NCBI GenBank assembly: GCA_965153455.1
Contig: OZ234493.1
Coordinates: forward strand, 34,524,213 to 34,588,212
Reading direction: 5' to 3'
From: Sphagnum compactum
Taxonomy: Eukaryota
DNA: 64,000 bases
The translations under genes were made by a program, and so were the position numbers. Positions within the stretch are counted from its first letter, which is position 1, and every line of letters begins with the position of its first letter. Below the pieces are notes generated by a model, which saw nothing but the letters and a program-made list of their open reading frames with translations, ran no database searches and was not told the DNA's origin. Shown piece after piece: positions 1 to 13,330 of the stretch.

Positions 1-399
1 ATCCATTTTCAAATTCTCAAAAATATTAGATGGCCTAGTGATGAAGAGGGAATAGAGGAATTCCATGAAATTTTACAACAAACCTCACCATTAGAAAGGA
101 GGTTTTTGAAGAGGTGACACTTCCACCTATTGACACAACTATTAACAAGAATAATACACTTAGGGATTTAGGGTTGGGGAAAGGAACCTAAGAAATTACT
201 TGGAAAATGGAAAGGGGGGGGTATTAGTGAGGAGGACACTATTGCTGTTTCTTTTGTTGAGAAGGAGAATAGCCTTTACAAGTATAAAGTTAATGCAAGA
301 GGGTAGAAAGGTGATACAACTTCCAAAGGTGAACCCAAAATGCAACAATCATTATATGATTTGTGGGGTTTTAAGAAGGGCACTAAGGACAAACAATGA

Positions 400-3300
400 G
401 AAAGGCCCTTGGAACAAGCTCTTCAACCTTCAAATGTTATGTCATAAAATTTTACATTGCAAATTACAATATTCAAGGCCTAAACTTGGAAAAGAGGTAC
501 GCTACATGAGTTGAAAATGTACATCCAAGGGTTAACACCCAAATGGATGTGGTATTACTACATGAACACAAACTTAAACATAAAAAAGTAAGGTAGCTTA
601 AGCAAATATATGTGGAAAGATGCTAAGACTTGAACAACTAAAACATATTTGGCTTACAAAATTTTTTGTCATGATCATGTGCAAAATGTAGAAGTATAAA
701 CATCCTATTAACTTGTGAATGGGTACATTTTGTGGTGCAATACATTGACAACAAAGCCCAATGGTTGATCTTGGACAAGTTACCAAGGGGGAAGGTTGAA
801 ATTGATAACATTTACACCTCCAATGAAGTTATAGATAAATGCAAGTTGTGAGAATGTCTGAATGATTGTTTACTTAAGGACTATAATGGATCATCATGGG
901 GGGTGATATAATATGGTGGAAGACTTGATAGCCAAGTCCATTACATGCAAAAAGACAAGTGGGAGTGAAAAACTAGCTTGGGAAACCTTTAAAATTGGTC
1001 TACAAATCAAAGAGCTAGGGAGGTCCAATGGATCATTCAAGTTCTCATGGGAAAAATTTGCAAAATGGACCAAACTATTGTTTAATTAAATTCAACATAT
1101 GTTATTCGACTACTATTCATAACATGGAGGGCACGAGCAAACCTTACAAGTACATCATAGAAGGTGATGATGTCTATTTTAACCACCACTTGTGCTTTAA
1201 AAATAAAACTTGGTAATTAATTGCAAATGAATATTCATTGGAAGGTCAATACACAATATTTTGACCAAGTAGAAGAATAGATCAAAACCATTTGGTAGCA
1301 AGAGTATAAAAATAATTGTATTTTGTGAAAATGCATAAAGTGACAATGTTCTATAGATCTTTTTGGAAGGAGGGAGCAATTAAATTTATAAGATCAAAAG
1401 AGATCACCATATGTAAATTAAAAGAAGTTCAATTCAAGTTGCAAAATAAAATAGATGATATGCATTCTATAATAAGCATAAAGGAATTATTGAAAATGTT
1501 GGAGGATGTGACAATGGAGGGAATGATAATAGTAGTATAAAAAGTGGGTTTATTTCACCAACCCAATTCCCTAAGGGGCTTTAAAAGTGAACCAAATTGT
1601 GATACCTTTGTTTCATTTCACCTCAAATGAAACTTAAATCATTATATAGTCATTTGTATTCAAAGCATTTCATTAAGGTTATTTTTTTGTATTATTAAAA
1701 CTATTATTTCATTCTTGGATAACAATTATAATTATTAATTTATTACATTTTAATGTATAAAATTATTTATGACTTATTACAACCTTTTAGTGTATCAATT
1801 AGTTAAGATATGAAATATTACATGATTGTTTAAACCAAATTCAATTTAATTAATTAAGAGGTTTTTACATACAATTTGGAAAAAATGTTGTGTTTTACTT
1901 TGGGCCTCCATTCGATTAATGTTAGTTTTTTGAAATAAAAAATGAAAATTCAATTTTCATAATGTAAAATCAAATGATTAACTTTTATATACGAATTAAT
2001 AGTATATATAATATTAAAATATATATAATTAATAAATTATGTAATCTTGAAAGGTTTTGAACATAATATTATTATATGTTATATTTAATGAATTATCTAT
2101 ATTATATTTCATCATTAACATCTACTAAATAATAAATTATAAATAAACATATATATAATTTTTGGGGACATATTATAATTTCAACTAATTTGTATCAAGT
2201 AATATTCAAAAACTTAATGGAATTTTAATTTTAAATTAAAATAAATGGTTAAAATAGGGGGAATTAAAAAATTTGCATTCTATTTATGTTAACCATAATC
2301 CATTTTTCATTAAAAAACGAAAATTTTCAAATTCAATTATGAAAATAATTGTTTACAAATCATGTCATTAAAACTTTTTTTTTGTGAAGAAACGTGTTTT
2401 GAGTTGTTATTAAACGATGGCATTCAAAAAAAATTCCTTCAAATGATTTAAAATTTGGTATGTTTATTTATTATGCACCTTTAGGCTTTTGAAAAAAAAA
2501 ATTAAATGATTTTCATTTATTTTGGTTGAACAAAGTATGATAAAGACTATACATTTCAAAGTTTGATCTACAAAATAATTTGGTGTAATTGTCATGTATT
2601 CATTTTTTGACGACTTATGTTATGATTTTCAATGGTAATTGGTTAACAAAAAAAATGGAAATTGTTTCTTTGGTGACCAAGGTTCAAACTTTGATACCAA
2701 CAACTCTATGTTGATTATATAAAATACAAATTTTTAGAAAATATGACAAAAATATATCAAATAACGATTAAAAATTGTGTATTATAAATATAATTCAATT
2801 ACATTGCCACATGTTGGTGAATTCATTTGTCCATACTAACATGTTGATGGCTAGAAACATGATGAATTAATTAAATTTCTAGTCAAGTGAATAGATGATG
2901 CTTTCACCCAAATAATTAGTGAAAGTCTTAGTGAATTAGATTCACAAACTTGCTTGTGTAAGTGTTTAAATTAGGTTGGTGGATAAAAAACTTGAAGCTC
3001 TTTACAAATTTTTTGGAAGTTGTTGAAAATGAATCAAAGAAGTAGTTGTAACAACAATAAAAAGATGTGATGGCAATATGGTGAAAATAGTAGAGGAATT
3101 AGAAGACACATGTTGCACCTTCTATAAAACCTATATGACAAGGGACTTAAATCAACAACAATGGAATAGTTGAAGGAGGAAACACTAGCCTCTTTGTTGG
3201 TAAAGTTGAATCAAGATATGAGCTCCAAATTGGTTAATCTTCTTTGAAAGGATGAACTCCATAAATTAGCCCTTATCTTAGTTAAAGGTAAATCTCCAAG

Positions 3301-5023
3301 CCCTAATGGGATTGGCATTGAATTTTATGTCAAATTTTGGCATATTATTGGTGATGATTTCTTCAAAATGGTCCAATGTGTTGTTGCTATTGGAAGATTT
3401 CCTAAGGGCATTACAAAAGGCTTGATAACTTTGATATTCAAAGTAAAAAAAAGGAACAATTAGGAAATTGGAGGCCAAATTCCTTCTTGAATACAAAATA
3501 CAAAGTCTATGCAAATGTGCTCCAACTTTGACTACAGCCAATTCTTATGGACATGATTAGTTTTGATTAGATTGCCTTTCTTCCCTCAAGGTATGTGCTT
3601 TTGAAACATGAAATAATAGATTGGGCCAATTGTTCTACACAAGTCTTAATATTTCTCAAACTTGATTTTGCAAAAGCCTATAATAAAATTGCTTAAGATT
3701 TTCTCTTTCTTGCTATGAGGAAGCTTGGGGTGGCCATTAAATTTATGAATATGGTTAAAATCTTCTTTCAAAATGCAAAAGCAACCATTCATTCCATGAT
3801 TCCCAATCAAAAGAGGAGCGAGGCAAGGATGCCCATTTGTTCCTTACCTTTTCTTCATAGTGGGAGAAGTGCTTTAGGGATGAACAAGCTATTATAAGAG
3901 GAAAGATCATGGGCATTCTATTACTTGGTGGCAAAGGATTTTAATGTAGTATGTTGATGATACCTCTTTCGCCTTAGCTAGCTATGAGGAAAACTTGGAT
4001 AGAATAGTCAATTTCCTAAATAGATTCTTGCAGGATTTAGGGCTAGAGCTTTATTGGTAATAAAGTTGGCATGGTTCCATTAGCTTTAAAAATCATAGCT
4101 AGATTAGGAAATTTGGATGGAAATGGGTAGAGATGGTGAGGTTTCTAAAATGTTGGGCACAACATTTGGGCTAAATCTTGATGTAGAAAATGTGGATTCC
4201 TTTCTCCTTGATAATGTCAAATAAAATTTAAATTTTGGGGCATGGTCAATCTACCAAAGGTTGGAAAAAATGCGATTGTCTATTCTGTCCTCAACTTTGC
4301 TCTATGGTTATTTATGACCATATGGGCTAACTATCCACAAATGCAAGGCAATGTTGAGGAATTATTTCTAAAATGATCAGGATCACAATACGAGGACCAT
4401 AATGAGTTGGTTAGACTATAGTATAGAAAAGAAAATTGGAAGGTCAAATTTGAAGAGGCACTAAATGTGCTAATCACCAAGTGGATTCAAAGCCTTGGAA
4501 TAGGGAGAACCCAACCTCAAAATACATTTGAGGTACAAGATGAACAAGTCTTGGCCATCAAAGCATAAGAAATGGATGTTAGACATACATTGGATTCTCC
4601 TGCAAAGATACATTCTAGGAACATGGTCAAGAATTTTGAGTAAAATTTCTAGGTCCTGGAAGAGGGTAAGCAAAGCAATTTGCCCTCATCCTCCCACTTT
4701 GGCTGAAGAAATATCTAATATGAAGGTTTTGTTTACTTAATTTAAAGGCCAAGAATATTGGGTATCCATTGATAAAACTAAAAAAATTCATGGGAATGGG
4801 TTTAAAACAATACATGATCTTTAGAAGTCCCACACCCTAAAGTTAAAGTTAGCCAAAAGTTAAAAAGACCTTTCAGTTTAAAGAAAATGAGCATAATGTG
4901 TGGGGAGGCTAATTGAGATGTTGCCTCCTAGTAAGAGAGATGAATTCCAATCCCCTACTAAGAAAATGAAGACTAGGAAATGGATCATGTTTCACATTGA
5001 TAACTCCCATTTCTAACCAATAG
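400..5023 (+). mobile_element. Decayed L1-type LINE (ORF2 endonuclease and reverse transcriptase remnants), interrupted by AT-rich sequence at ~1540-3050
   Basis: Broken-frame motifs: WIIMGGD (~890, endonuclease GDFN-like), KGKSPSPNGIGIEFYVKFW (~3284), FPKGITKGLITLIFK, NWRP, LKLDFAKAYNKI (~3655), RQGCP (~3820) and YVDDT (~3950). Many stops and frameshifts. The start is approximate. Confidence 0.85.
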
Positions 5024-5324
5024 TGTCGCAACCCCACTTTGAGGCAAGTGTGAGGATGAGACTCACACTCCCGAAAGTGGGGACTTGGAGTCCTCCGGGA
5101 CTCCTAAAAACTCAGAGCTTGATTGCAGGGGTCAAAACACCTTGCATTGAGGAGTTCCTTATACCATTGAAAAGGTCTCAAAGTGTAGATGTCTAAAATG
5201 GCCTCGCATGAGCCATTCGGACATCTACAGCACAAGTTATGGTCGAAAGAAAGGCCGGGAGTCAAACTGGCAGTTTGACTCCTGACCACTAAAAGTCGAG
5301 AATCGACTCGAATCCGGTGCGTGC

Positions 5325-6366
5325 CATCATGGTGGTGGTGGATCGATTTAGCAAGATGGCACATTTCATTCCCACAAAAGATGAGGCCACGGCCCAATAG
5401 ATAGGTAGGTTGTTCTTCACATATGTCTTCAAGCACCATGGCCTCCCAAAGGACATAGTTTCGAATCGAGACCCAAAGTTCACAAGCAAGTTTTGGTGAG
5501 CCTTGTGGAAGCGTATGGGGTCGGAACTCAAGATGAGCACTTCGTTCCGCCCCCAAACCAATGGACAAACTGAGAGGGTCAACTTGGTGATCCAACAATT
5601 CTTAAGGAATTATGTGGCAGCGGACCAACAAGATTGGGTGGACCATTTGGAGTTAGCCGAGTTTTGTTACAACAACTCGGAACATTCCGCAACTGGGTCC
5701 ACCACATTCCAAATGGTGACGGGCAAGTCACCAATTGTGCCCATGACTTGGGCAGCACAAGGACAAACCCCGGGTGATGCAAGTGAGGAAGTGCCAATGG
5801 TCACACAACTTGATGAAGAAAGGCGGCGCTTGTGGGAGGTGGCCAAGGCCAACTTGGAAAAGGTGCACAAAAGGTACAAGGATTTTGCGGACAAGTCCCG
5901 ACGAAAGGTGAAGTTTCAAGAAGGGGACGAAGTGTGGTTGAACATCAAGAACTTCCGGTTGCCAAAAGGTTTAAGTCATAAGTTCTTGGGCCCATATGCG
6001 GGCCCATTCAAAGTGTTGGAAAAGAAACTTTCCGACACTTATAAGTTAAAACTGCCGGAAAATCTTAGAGTTCATCCCACATTTCATGTTTATCTTCTGA
6101 AGCTGGTCTCCCGCGACGCCTCAAGGCCTAATCGAGAGCAAAACTCAAGGCCCCCACCTGACTTGGTTCATAATGAACCAGAGTTTGAGGTGGAGGCTGT
6201 GCTCAAATCAAGGCAATTAAGAGGACGAGAGCGGGAATACTTAGTTAAGTGGAAAGGATACCATGCAATAGAGGCTTCTTGGGTGACTAAATCCGATATG
6301 GAACATGCCCAAGAAGCCATAGAAGAATTCCACATTAGACTGGCAAAGAAGAGACATAGAACGTGA
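5325..6366 (+). pseudogene. Gypsy integrase C-terminal half with GPY/F motif and chromodomain (5' truncated, premature stops upstream of 5503)
   Basis: IMVVVDRFSKMAHFIP; STSFRPQTNGQTERVN; KFLGPYAGPFKV; chromodomain EFEVEAVLKSR...EYLVKWKGY...SWV; ORF 5503-6366. Confidence 0.92.
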
Positions 6367-7157
6367 TGAGGACATCACCTTTCTTTTAGTGGGGCAGAGT
6401 GTCACATAAAATGTACCACATCAAGTTGTAAGTGAAATAAAGGCAAAAACTTCCAAGAAATTGTATCACAAGAATTTTGTATAAGTGCAAATAGGGTTGT
6501 CAAATGGCATTGGACAAATGGATCTATCTTGCGTAGGCCCAAATCAAAATCAGACTCCTACTTTGGGGTTAAGGAAACTTGGCCCCAAAAGAGGAGGCAA
6601 GCAAGGTGAGCTTGCGGGGACATGCACATGCTTTAAGTGCATCCCAAAGGGTTGGTTGGTAGTGGCGGCCAACGCGGGAAGTCATGACCCCGCTCGCGTA
6701 CTTTAATCGTGTAATTTGAGACTTGGGTTTTGGCAAGACCCAAATGTTGCTTCTCGTACCTTGATAAGCAAACCTTTTAGTTAAGGTTTGGTTATTGTGA
6801 CCAAGGCGCGAGATTGGAAAAGGAGTCATGTCAAGTAGCTTAGGTCAAGAGTAGACTTGACTTGAGTTCCTCATGAGGGGAAGAATGGAAAAAGTTCCTC
6901 CCAAATGAAGGGCTTCGTCAAATTAGGTTGGTTTAGTCCTCTTTTGACAAAGCATTGGAAGAGGGTTTTTCAGGAGACCTTCTTGGACTTGTTAAGAAAG
7001 TGTTGGAAACTTGGGGACGCCTAAGTTAGCTTGAGATAAGGTCCAAGCCGCAAAAGTCGGCAAAGATGGCCAAGGATCCAAAAGAAAGCAGTTACAATTA
7101 TGAGAGAAATTATAAGTGTCAATGAGGACATTGACCTTTTCTTCTAGTGGGGGAGAG

Positions 7158-7918
7158 TGTCGCAACCCCACTTCGAGGCAAGTGTGAGGATGAGACTCAC
7201 ACTCCCGAAAGTGGGGACTTGGAGTCCTCCGGGACTCTTGAAAACTCAGAGCTTGATTGCAAGGGTCAAAACACCTTGTATTGAGGAGTTCCTTATACCA
7301 TTGAAAAGGTCTCAAAGTGTAGATGTCTAAAATGGCCTCGCATGAGCCATTCGGACATCTACAGCACAAGTTATGGTCGAAAGAAAGGCCGGGAGTCAAA
7401 TTGGCAGTTTGACTCCTGACCACTAAAAGTCGGGAATCGACTCGATTCCGGTGCGTGCAGATGGAGTGAGACACACCATTGGAAAGCTCTTGAGGAGAGC
7501 TACAAGATTGCTTCAAGCTTCATCTCAATCGGAGGTCTGAGTTGGGAGCTATGAGCTTCCAAAGTCCCGGGAGTCCAAACCGGGACAATTTCGGGACTCC
7601 TCCTTGGGAGTCCTGGGACAAAAAGCCATTCGGATGCGGGTGCCGCGGGCGAACGCAGAGAATACTATATGGGGGAAGGTGGTGGCTTCCCCCGAGTCCG
7701 GGCCGTGGTGAGTCTTGTGAGTCTAGAGTTGCCCGTGGCTTGTCCTAGCACCAAGGTTGATCCAGAAAGTGAACTAACCAACTTATTAGTAGGTTTTGAT
7801 GCAGGTTCGAGTAAGTAAGTAAGCTTGTCACTCATCCTAGTCCCATCCCGAGGCTTCAGCACAACCTTGAGTAAGTTAGCCCCATCTTGGGACTAACTAG
7901 TGACTTGGGAGCGGGTCA
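7158..7918 (+). repeat. 3' LTR (761 bp)
   Basis: TG...CA termini, preceded by a PPT and followed by the TSD; related to the solo LTR at 34303-35247. Confidence 0.9.
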
Positions 7919-7923
7919 AATAG

Positions 7924-8400
7924 AGGTTCTACAAACTAGCAATGATTTCCACCCAATATGTTCAACAATCGGTGATGGCTAGATAGTCCTTAACAAGAAT
8001 CCAATATTTGAGGTCAATGAAGAATTGAACATTGTCAAGGTGAATATAAAGATTAATCTAAGTAAACATCTAAAGGTTGTTGGGGAATGGCATTTGGTTT
8101 GGATACTTTCAGTCAAAATAAGTTCCAATAAAGCCACTAGATATATGAAAATGGACATACCACAATTTGATCTTGGGCAACGAAAAAGGTAAAAGCTACC
8201 AAACAACAAAGAAGCCTTGAATTCTAGATAAATGGGCCCAAGTTACATGGTCAAAAGGCAAGACATTTGGAAAAGGAATTGAACCAAAAAAGGTGGGATT
8301 CTTATGATCCTTGTGCCATGAGGCGATTACGGTAATTAAATGCATGGAGGGCTCAAATGAGTAGAAAAGCAAATGCAACATGCTTGATGTGTGTGTAACC
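7924..8400 (+). mobile_element. Probable continuation (3' part) of the decayed LINE after the LTR insertion
   Basis: Lies directly after the TSD. Trp-rich broken frames (IWKGIEPKKVGFL*SLCHEAI-like) resemble the C-terminal zf-RVT region of plant L1 ORF2. Confidence 0.5.
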
Positions 8401-11400
8401 TAAAAATAATGTTAGATGTTTTCTATGGATGAAGGCATAAAACCTTAATTCAGCTCTATGGCTTAACTATTGCGGTGTTTCAGGTGTGCCAAAGAAGTTG
8501 TTTTCTTGTTTTTCTGTTTTTGGTTTGTTTTGTTGTTTAGCAGGTTATTGTGAAGGGATCTTGGTCAGCTGGTTTCAGTGATGGAGCGCGATCCTGGCTA
8601 CTCAATGGAAGCTCATTATGAGTTGGGTGAATCACGGCTCTACGAGGGGATTGGTGAAGAGATTTCAGGGGAACAAAGGGATGAGGAGAAGAAATATATA
8701 TATGACATTGGCTGAAGGAAGAAGGCAAACTTTTTGGCGAAGAGATGAAGCTAAGTTTCTAGATTTTCATGATAACTAGCAAATGTGGAGTGGATTTTGG
8801 ACTTTGGGATTGTAACTTTGGGGCAGAAGTTGATCGAGATTCTAGCTCTCATAAAATCCTAATGCTTGAATTTCCGCTATGCCCAAGAACGTCAGGAAGA
8901 GATTTGGAGGTCTTGCATGTTTTATTTTTTTAGGGACCAACACAAGGGAGATGATGAGTGTGTCAAGGATTTCTGGAGTGGTTGTTGTGGCAGCACCATG
9001 TTTGATAGTTTGGGGTTCTTAAGCTGAGTGTGCAATGTGTTCATTATGAGGAGAGTACCTGCTGGATAGTGGGAGCTCTAGGGATTTTGGGAACAAGGGG
9101 ACACTGAAAAGTGTAGTAGATCACAATCACTGCTTCTATCCTGAATATTTGTCCAGTCTCTGAGAAGAACCATGTGATGAAGTCAAGTTAGTATCTGTGG
9201 GATCTTTGTTGTTGGGGTATGAGCTGTCACTCCCATCAAACAACCAGTTGATTCCTCGAGAGGAAATCAAGAGAAAATCTGATCCCTTGTGGTCCATAGA
9301 AATAAGACAATAAAATTTTGGTGTCTGTAAGGATTTAGATGTAGAAATGATACTTGTAACAATCTTTCTGTTTCAGTAAGATTTTAGCAACTCACATTGG
9401 TCTGTATGTCCAACATCAGAGGTTTCCACACATGAAGCATCTTCCCCTTTCTTTTGTGGTGACATGTGATTTGAAGACACCATAAACAACAATGCACTAG
9501 TTTTTAAAATGCCTCAGTGCTTGGATTGCACAAAACTAGGCAACCACCATCATGTTTAAGGTTAAATATCCATAGCATGTAAAAGGAAAAATAAAGAGGT
9601 TGGATGCTTTATAATGTCTCTTTATCAAGAAACTACCCAAAGCTTTTAGGGAGTTCAATTCAATTTGGATGTTATTGAGGGGGGTTGTGGTATGGTCTGT
9701 TTAAATGGACATATATGAAAGGATCTGTAAAAACCAAGTTTGGTCTAATCAAAAGCTTGGCCATATGATCATAAAAGGGGTAATAGTTTGTGGTAGGATG
9801 GAGTGGGAAAAAACTTTTAAGTTCATTAATAGAATGCAAGAGGTCAAAACATATTACTTTTTGATAATGAAAAGGGTTATCATTTTACCCTCTATGCCAA
9901 GGACCCCCTTAAGGTTAGGTGGAACTTTCAATTACCTAGGCTTATTAGTTTGATGTAGTTTGGGTGTTTCATCCCTATTGTTGTATTGTCATCATTGTCA
10001 CCATCCCCACAAATTTTTGGGTTGGCTTATCACCCTTGCTTTTGTCCTCAATATGACTCCCCCAATCTCCCCCAATCATATTTGCTACCCAATATTTTTC
10101 TTAGGTCACCTTGTTGCCCATGATGCCATTTGACCCCCCCTTAAAATGTTTTTTCAAAAGCAAGTTGATAAATGAGTTCTTGTCATTCATCGCTATGTTC
10201 TCCAAGTAGCATACTCTCATCACTCATAATGTTCCCATCATTCCATTGCTATTTTTCGTAGTTATGTTATCCTTGTTGTTTCATGTTGCCATCCAACCCA
10301 TACATCGTATCTACTATTTACCCCTCAACCTAATGGCTGCAATGTCTTGCTTGTCATCCTACCATCCTATTTGTCATTATTGTTCTCACCATCACCTATC
10401 CATCACCTTTGTTTTCTTCTTTATAAACCATGTACCTTTATTAACATCTTTGTCATTCCCCAACATCCCTTATAGTGTCACCCAAATTAAATCAAGATGT
10501 CTTCAAAATTGAATCCCCTTGGATTTCATTTGGATATCCTAATTGGAAATGTCCAATAGGTTGTCATCTTTTCTAGGTATGTCTTATTGATAGTCATGCT
10601 TGTGGCAACTTGTATAAATGCCTTGGATGCAAAGTTGTGCCAATCCATGAAAATGGAACTAGGTGGGAAAGTTAGATGATGGATAACACTAAAAACGATC
10701 AATTTGAGATTTTTTGAATAATGGATGAATTGACAAATCATAATTTTTAAAAAAGTTGAGGTTTAATCTTTTCGAATTGAACTAGCTCCATTTACATCCA
10801 TTGTCCCATTACCTTGCATTTGCTATTGTTGATTCCCTTCCATAAAGAAATTTGATATTTCCCAAATTCACCCATTGTACCTCACTTTCTTAAATCCACC
10901 ATTGTTTTACTTTTTCAAGGGAATTGGGCAAACTTCAATATTCCCCAAATTGATCCATTGCCTCATTTCTTCAAGAAGTTGGGTTAACTAATTCTTTGAG
11001 TTCATGCATTCATTCATTTTCAACCAAACTTTCCTAACTCATACATTATCCCAGTTTTTGAGGAAGTTGGGCTGGCTTCTTTCCTTGATTCATTGTCCCT
11101 TAAGTATTTTTTTGAGTTTATCATTGTCTTCTTTTAGTGAATAGGGCAAACTTTAGTCTTCCCCAAGTTCATCCATTCTCTAACTTCTTTCATTCGTTCA
11201 TAATCTAAATTATTATGGAAAGTTAGTCCAAGTTTTGCTAATGAAATTTGAGGAAAACTTTCCTATTGAACATCATTAATTGGCATTATGTACCTAAAAT
11301 TATGCAATTTTTGCATCAAACATTGAATTGTGATTTTTGTTATATCACAAATTTAATGTTTACATCCTTCTTCCAAGGCCTTATGTTACTTGAGACTAAT

Positions 11401-12389
11401 GTAATTTATGCTCAAGCAAATTCAAGAGCATACAACATGTGACATGAAGATAGGACATTTGGGTCATTTCTAGTCAAAGTGAATTTCCCAAAATTCCCAT
11501 GAACATTCAAGTCAAATTCGAGTTTAAATGATTTTCCTAAAGTTCCCATAGACAAGCTTTTCCTTTATAAAGAGTTTGACCCAAATACAGAGATCCACAC
11601 ATGAATTTCTTTCTATTTCAACTTTCTGAATTACCAATATAAGCCAAACGTGGTTGCTTGTGTTCAGATTATGGAGTAGGAAAAAAAGCTATTACCATTA
11701 GCATAACCCATGATACCTATATTCATAGATCTAGGACCTTGGGTTATGAAGAATATTTTGAAAACCCAAGGGTATGTGACCATTAGAAAATGGAACAATC
11801 TCATTACCAATGGTCTTTTAGAAATATCTCATACCATAATTTATGGTTAGTGGTAGGGTAGCTAGGTTGGTCACCAAACACATAAGGATTTGAAGAGAAA
11901 TTGCGCACTAGGAGTGGTCTTGTTGGCTATAAGGTTCAAGGAAAACTTGTGCCTAACTTGTAGGTGCATCCATAGCCATTTGAATCACTTGAATCATTTG
12001 ATTTGGTGGAGAGACATGACAATTATGCCTCCCAAAAGGAAAGGACATCTTATGAACAAACATTTTGCTCCTTCCCAATGAACACTCAAAATTTAAGAAG
12101 TGGATAAAAATAAACCCTTCACAAAAATGGATGCATTTCGAAAATGTAAATTTATTAATGTAAAAATTTTCATTTTCCATTAATGGAGGAGATCATTACC
12201 ACAACAATGTGTAAGAAGATCTACAGTCATGGGCAATTGATGTGTTGTTTATATAACCTTAAAGTTTCAAGCAATGTCACACATTTCAAACAACCTTTAA
12301 GGTCTGGTGTGCTTATGTTCAATTGTTCAATTCTCGTTCAATTGTTCTCCTTTTCCTCCTAGTCTATTTGTACAACCAATGGTGCACAT

Positions 12390-13330
12390 CCATGTTGGTC
12401 TTCATTGTCATTGCCCTCATGGAGATTTTCTTGCCTCTTAATCATCATTTTCAGTTGTCAATCACTGTTTCCTAATTGTCCTCTTTTGGTGATGGCCATT
12501 GCCTCTTCTTCTTAATTGTTATTGTTTTGTCAATGATCATTGCCTCCTCCTAATCATCATCTTTTGTTGTTGATCATTACTTCCTTTTGATCGTTATTTT
12601 TAGTTGTTGATCAACGCCTCCTCCTAGTCATCCTTTTTTGTTAGTGATGAACGCCTCTTTTTTATTGTTGTCTTTTATCAATGATGACTACCTCTTCTTC
12701 AACATCATTTTTTGTTGGTGATTAACACTTCTTGATCGTATTTTTATTGGTGATGGACACTTCCTAATTGCCCTTTTTTTGTTGGTGATCATCACTTCTT
12801 CTTAATCATCCTCTTTTGTTGGTGATCACTGTCTTTATTTTATTGGTGATCACCACCTCCTAATCATTGTCTTCCATTGTTGATCATTGCCTCTTCTTGA
12901 TCATCCTAATTGATTGACGCCTCCTCCTAATTGAGTTCTTTTGTTTGTGATGGGCACCTCCTCCTATTCATCATCTTCTATTGGTGATTGTCATTTCCTC
13001 CTTATCGTTGTTTTTTTTATTAATGATCAATGCTTCCTCTTGATGGTTTTCTTTTATTAGTGATCAATGCCTCCTCTTGATGGTCCTTTTTCTAATGTGA
13101 TGGGCACCTCCTCTTGATCGTCATTTTTTTATTGGTGATCATCACCTTCTTTTGATTGTTGTCTTCTATTGGTGGTGGGTGCTTCTTTGTTATCATCCTC
13201 TTTTGTAGGTGATGGGTGTCTCTTCCTAATTGTCATCTTGTGTTGTTGAATATCGATGCTTCCTTTGATTGTTGTTTCGTCCTATTGTCTTTGTGTTATT
13301 GATCATCGTATTATTTTTCTTGCATCATCA
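12390..13330. repeat. Degenerate minisatellite, ~36-37 bp unit (TGATCATTGCCTCCTCCTAATCATCATCTTTTGTTGT-like), ~20-25 copies
   Basis: TGATCA recurs at 12534, 12571 and 12608 (37-bp spacing) and onwards, with strong pyrimidine/T bias. Confidence 0.8.

Larger units (their letters stand above)
5024..7918 (+). mobile_element. Internally deleted Ty3/gypsy chromovirus LTR retrotransposon nested in the LINE
   Basis: Begins TGTCGCA at 5024 and ends ...GGGTCA at 7918. TSD AATAG at 5019-5023 and 7919-7923. The 5' LTR fragment 5024-5324 matches 3' LTR 7158-7458. A polypurine tract AGTGGGGGAGAG precedes 7158. Confidence 0.93.

Noticed and set aside
6992-7862. ORFs within the LTR (also 5104-5598 and 34550-35066)
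   Set aside because: They lie in LTR sequence, are not conserved in frame between LTR copies, and have no protein motifs.
8500-9450. Possible gene remnant after an acceptor-like site at ~8543
   Set aside because: No sustained reading frame or recognisable motif.
11450-12100. Possible decayed gypsy protease/RT fragment
   Set aside because: Too degenerate to identify by eye.
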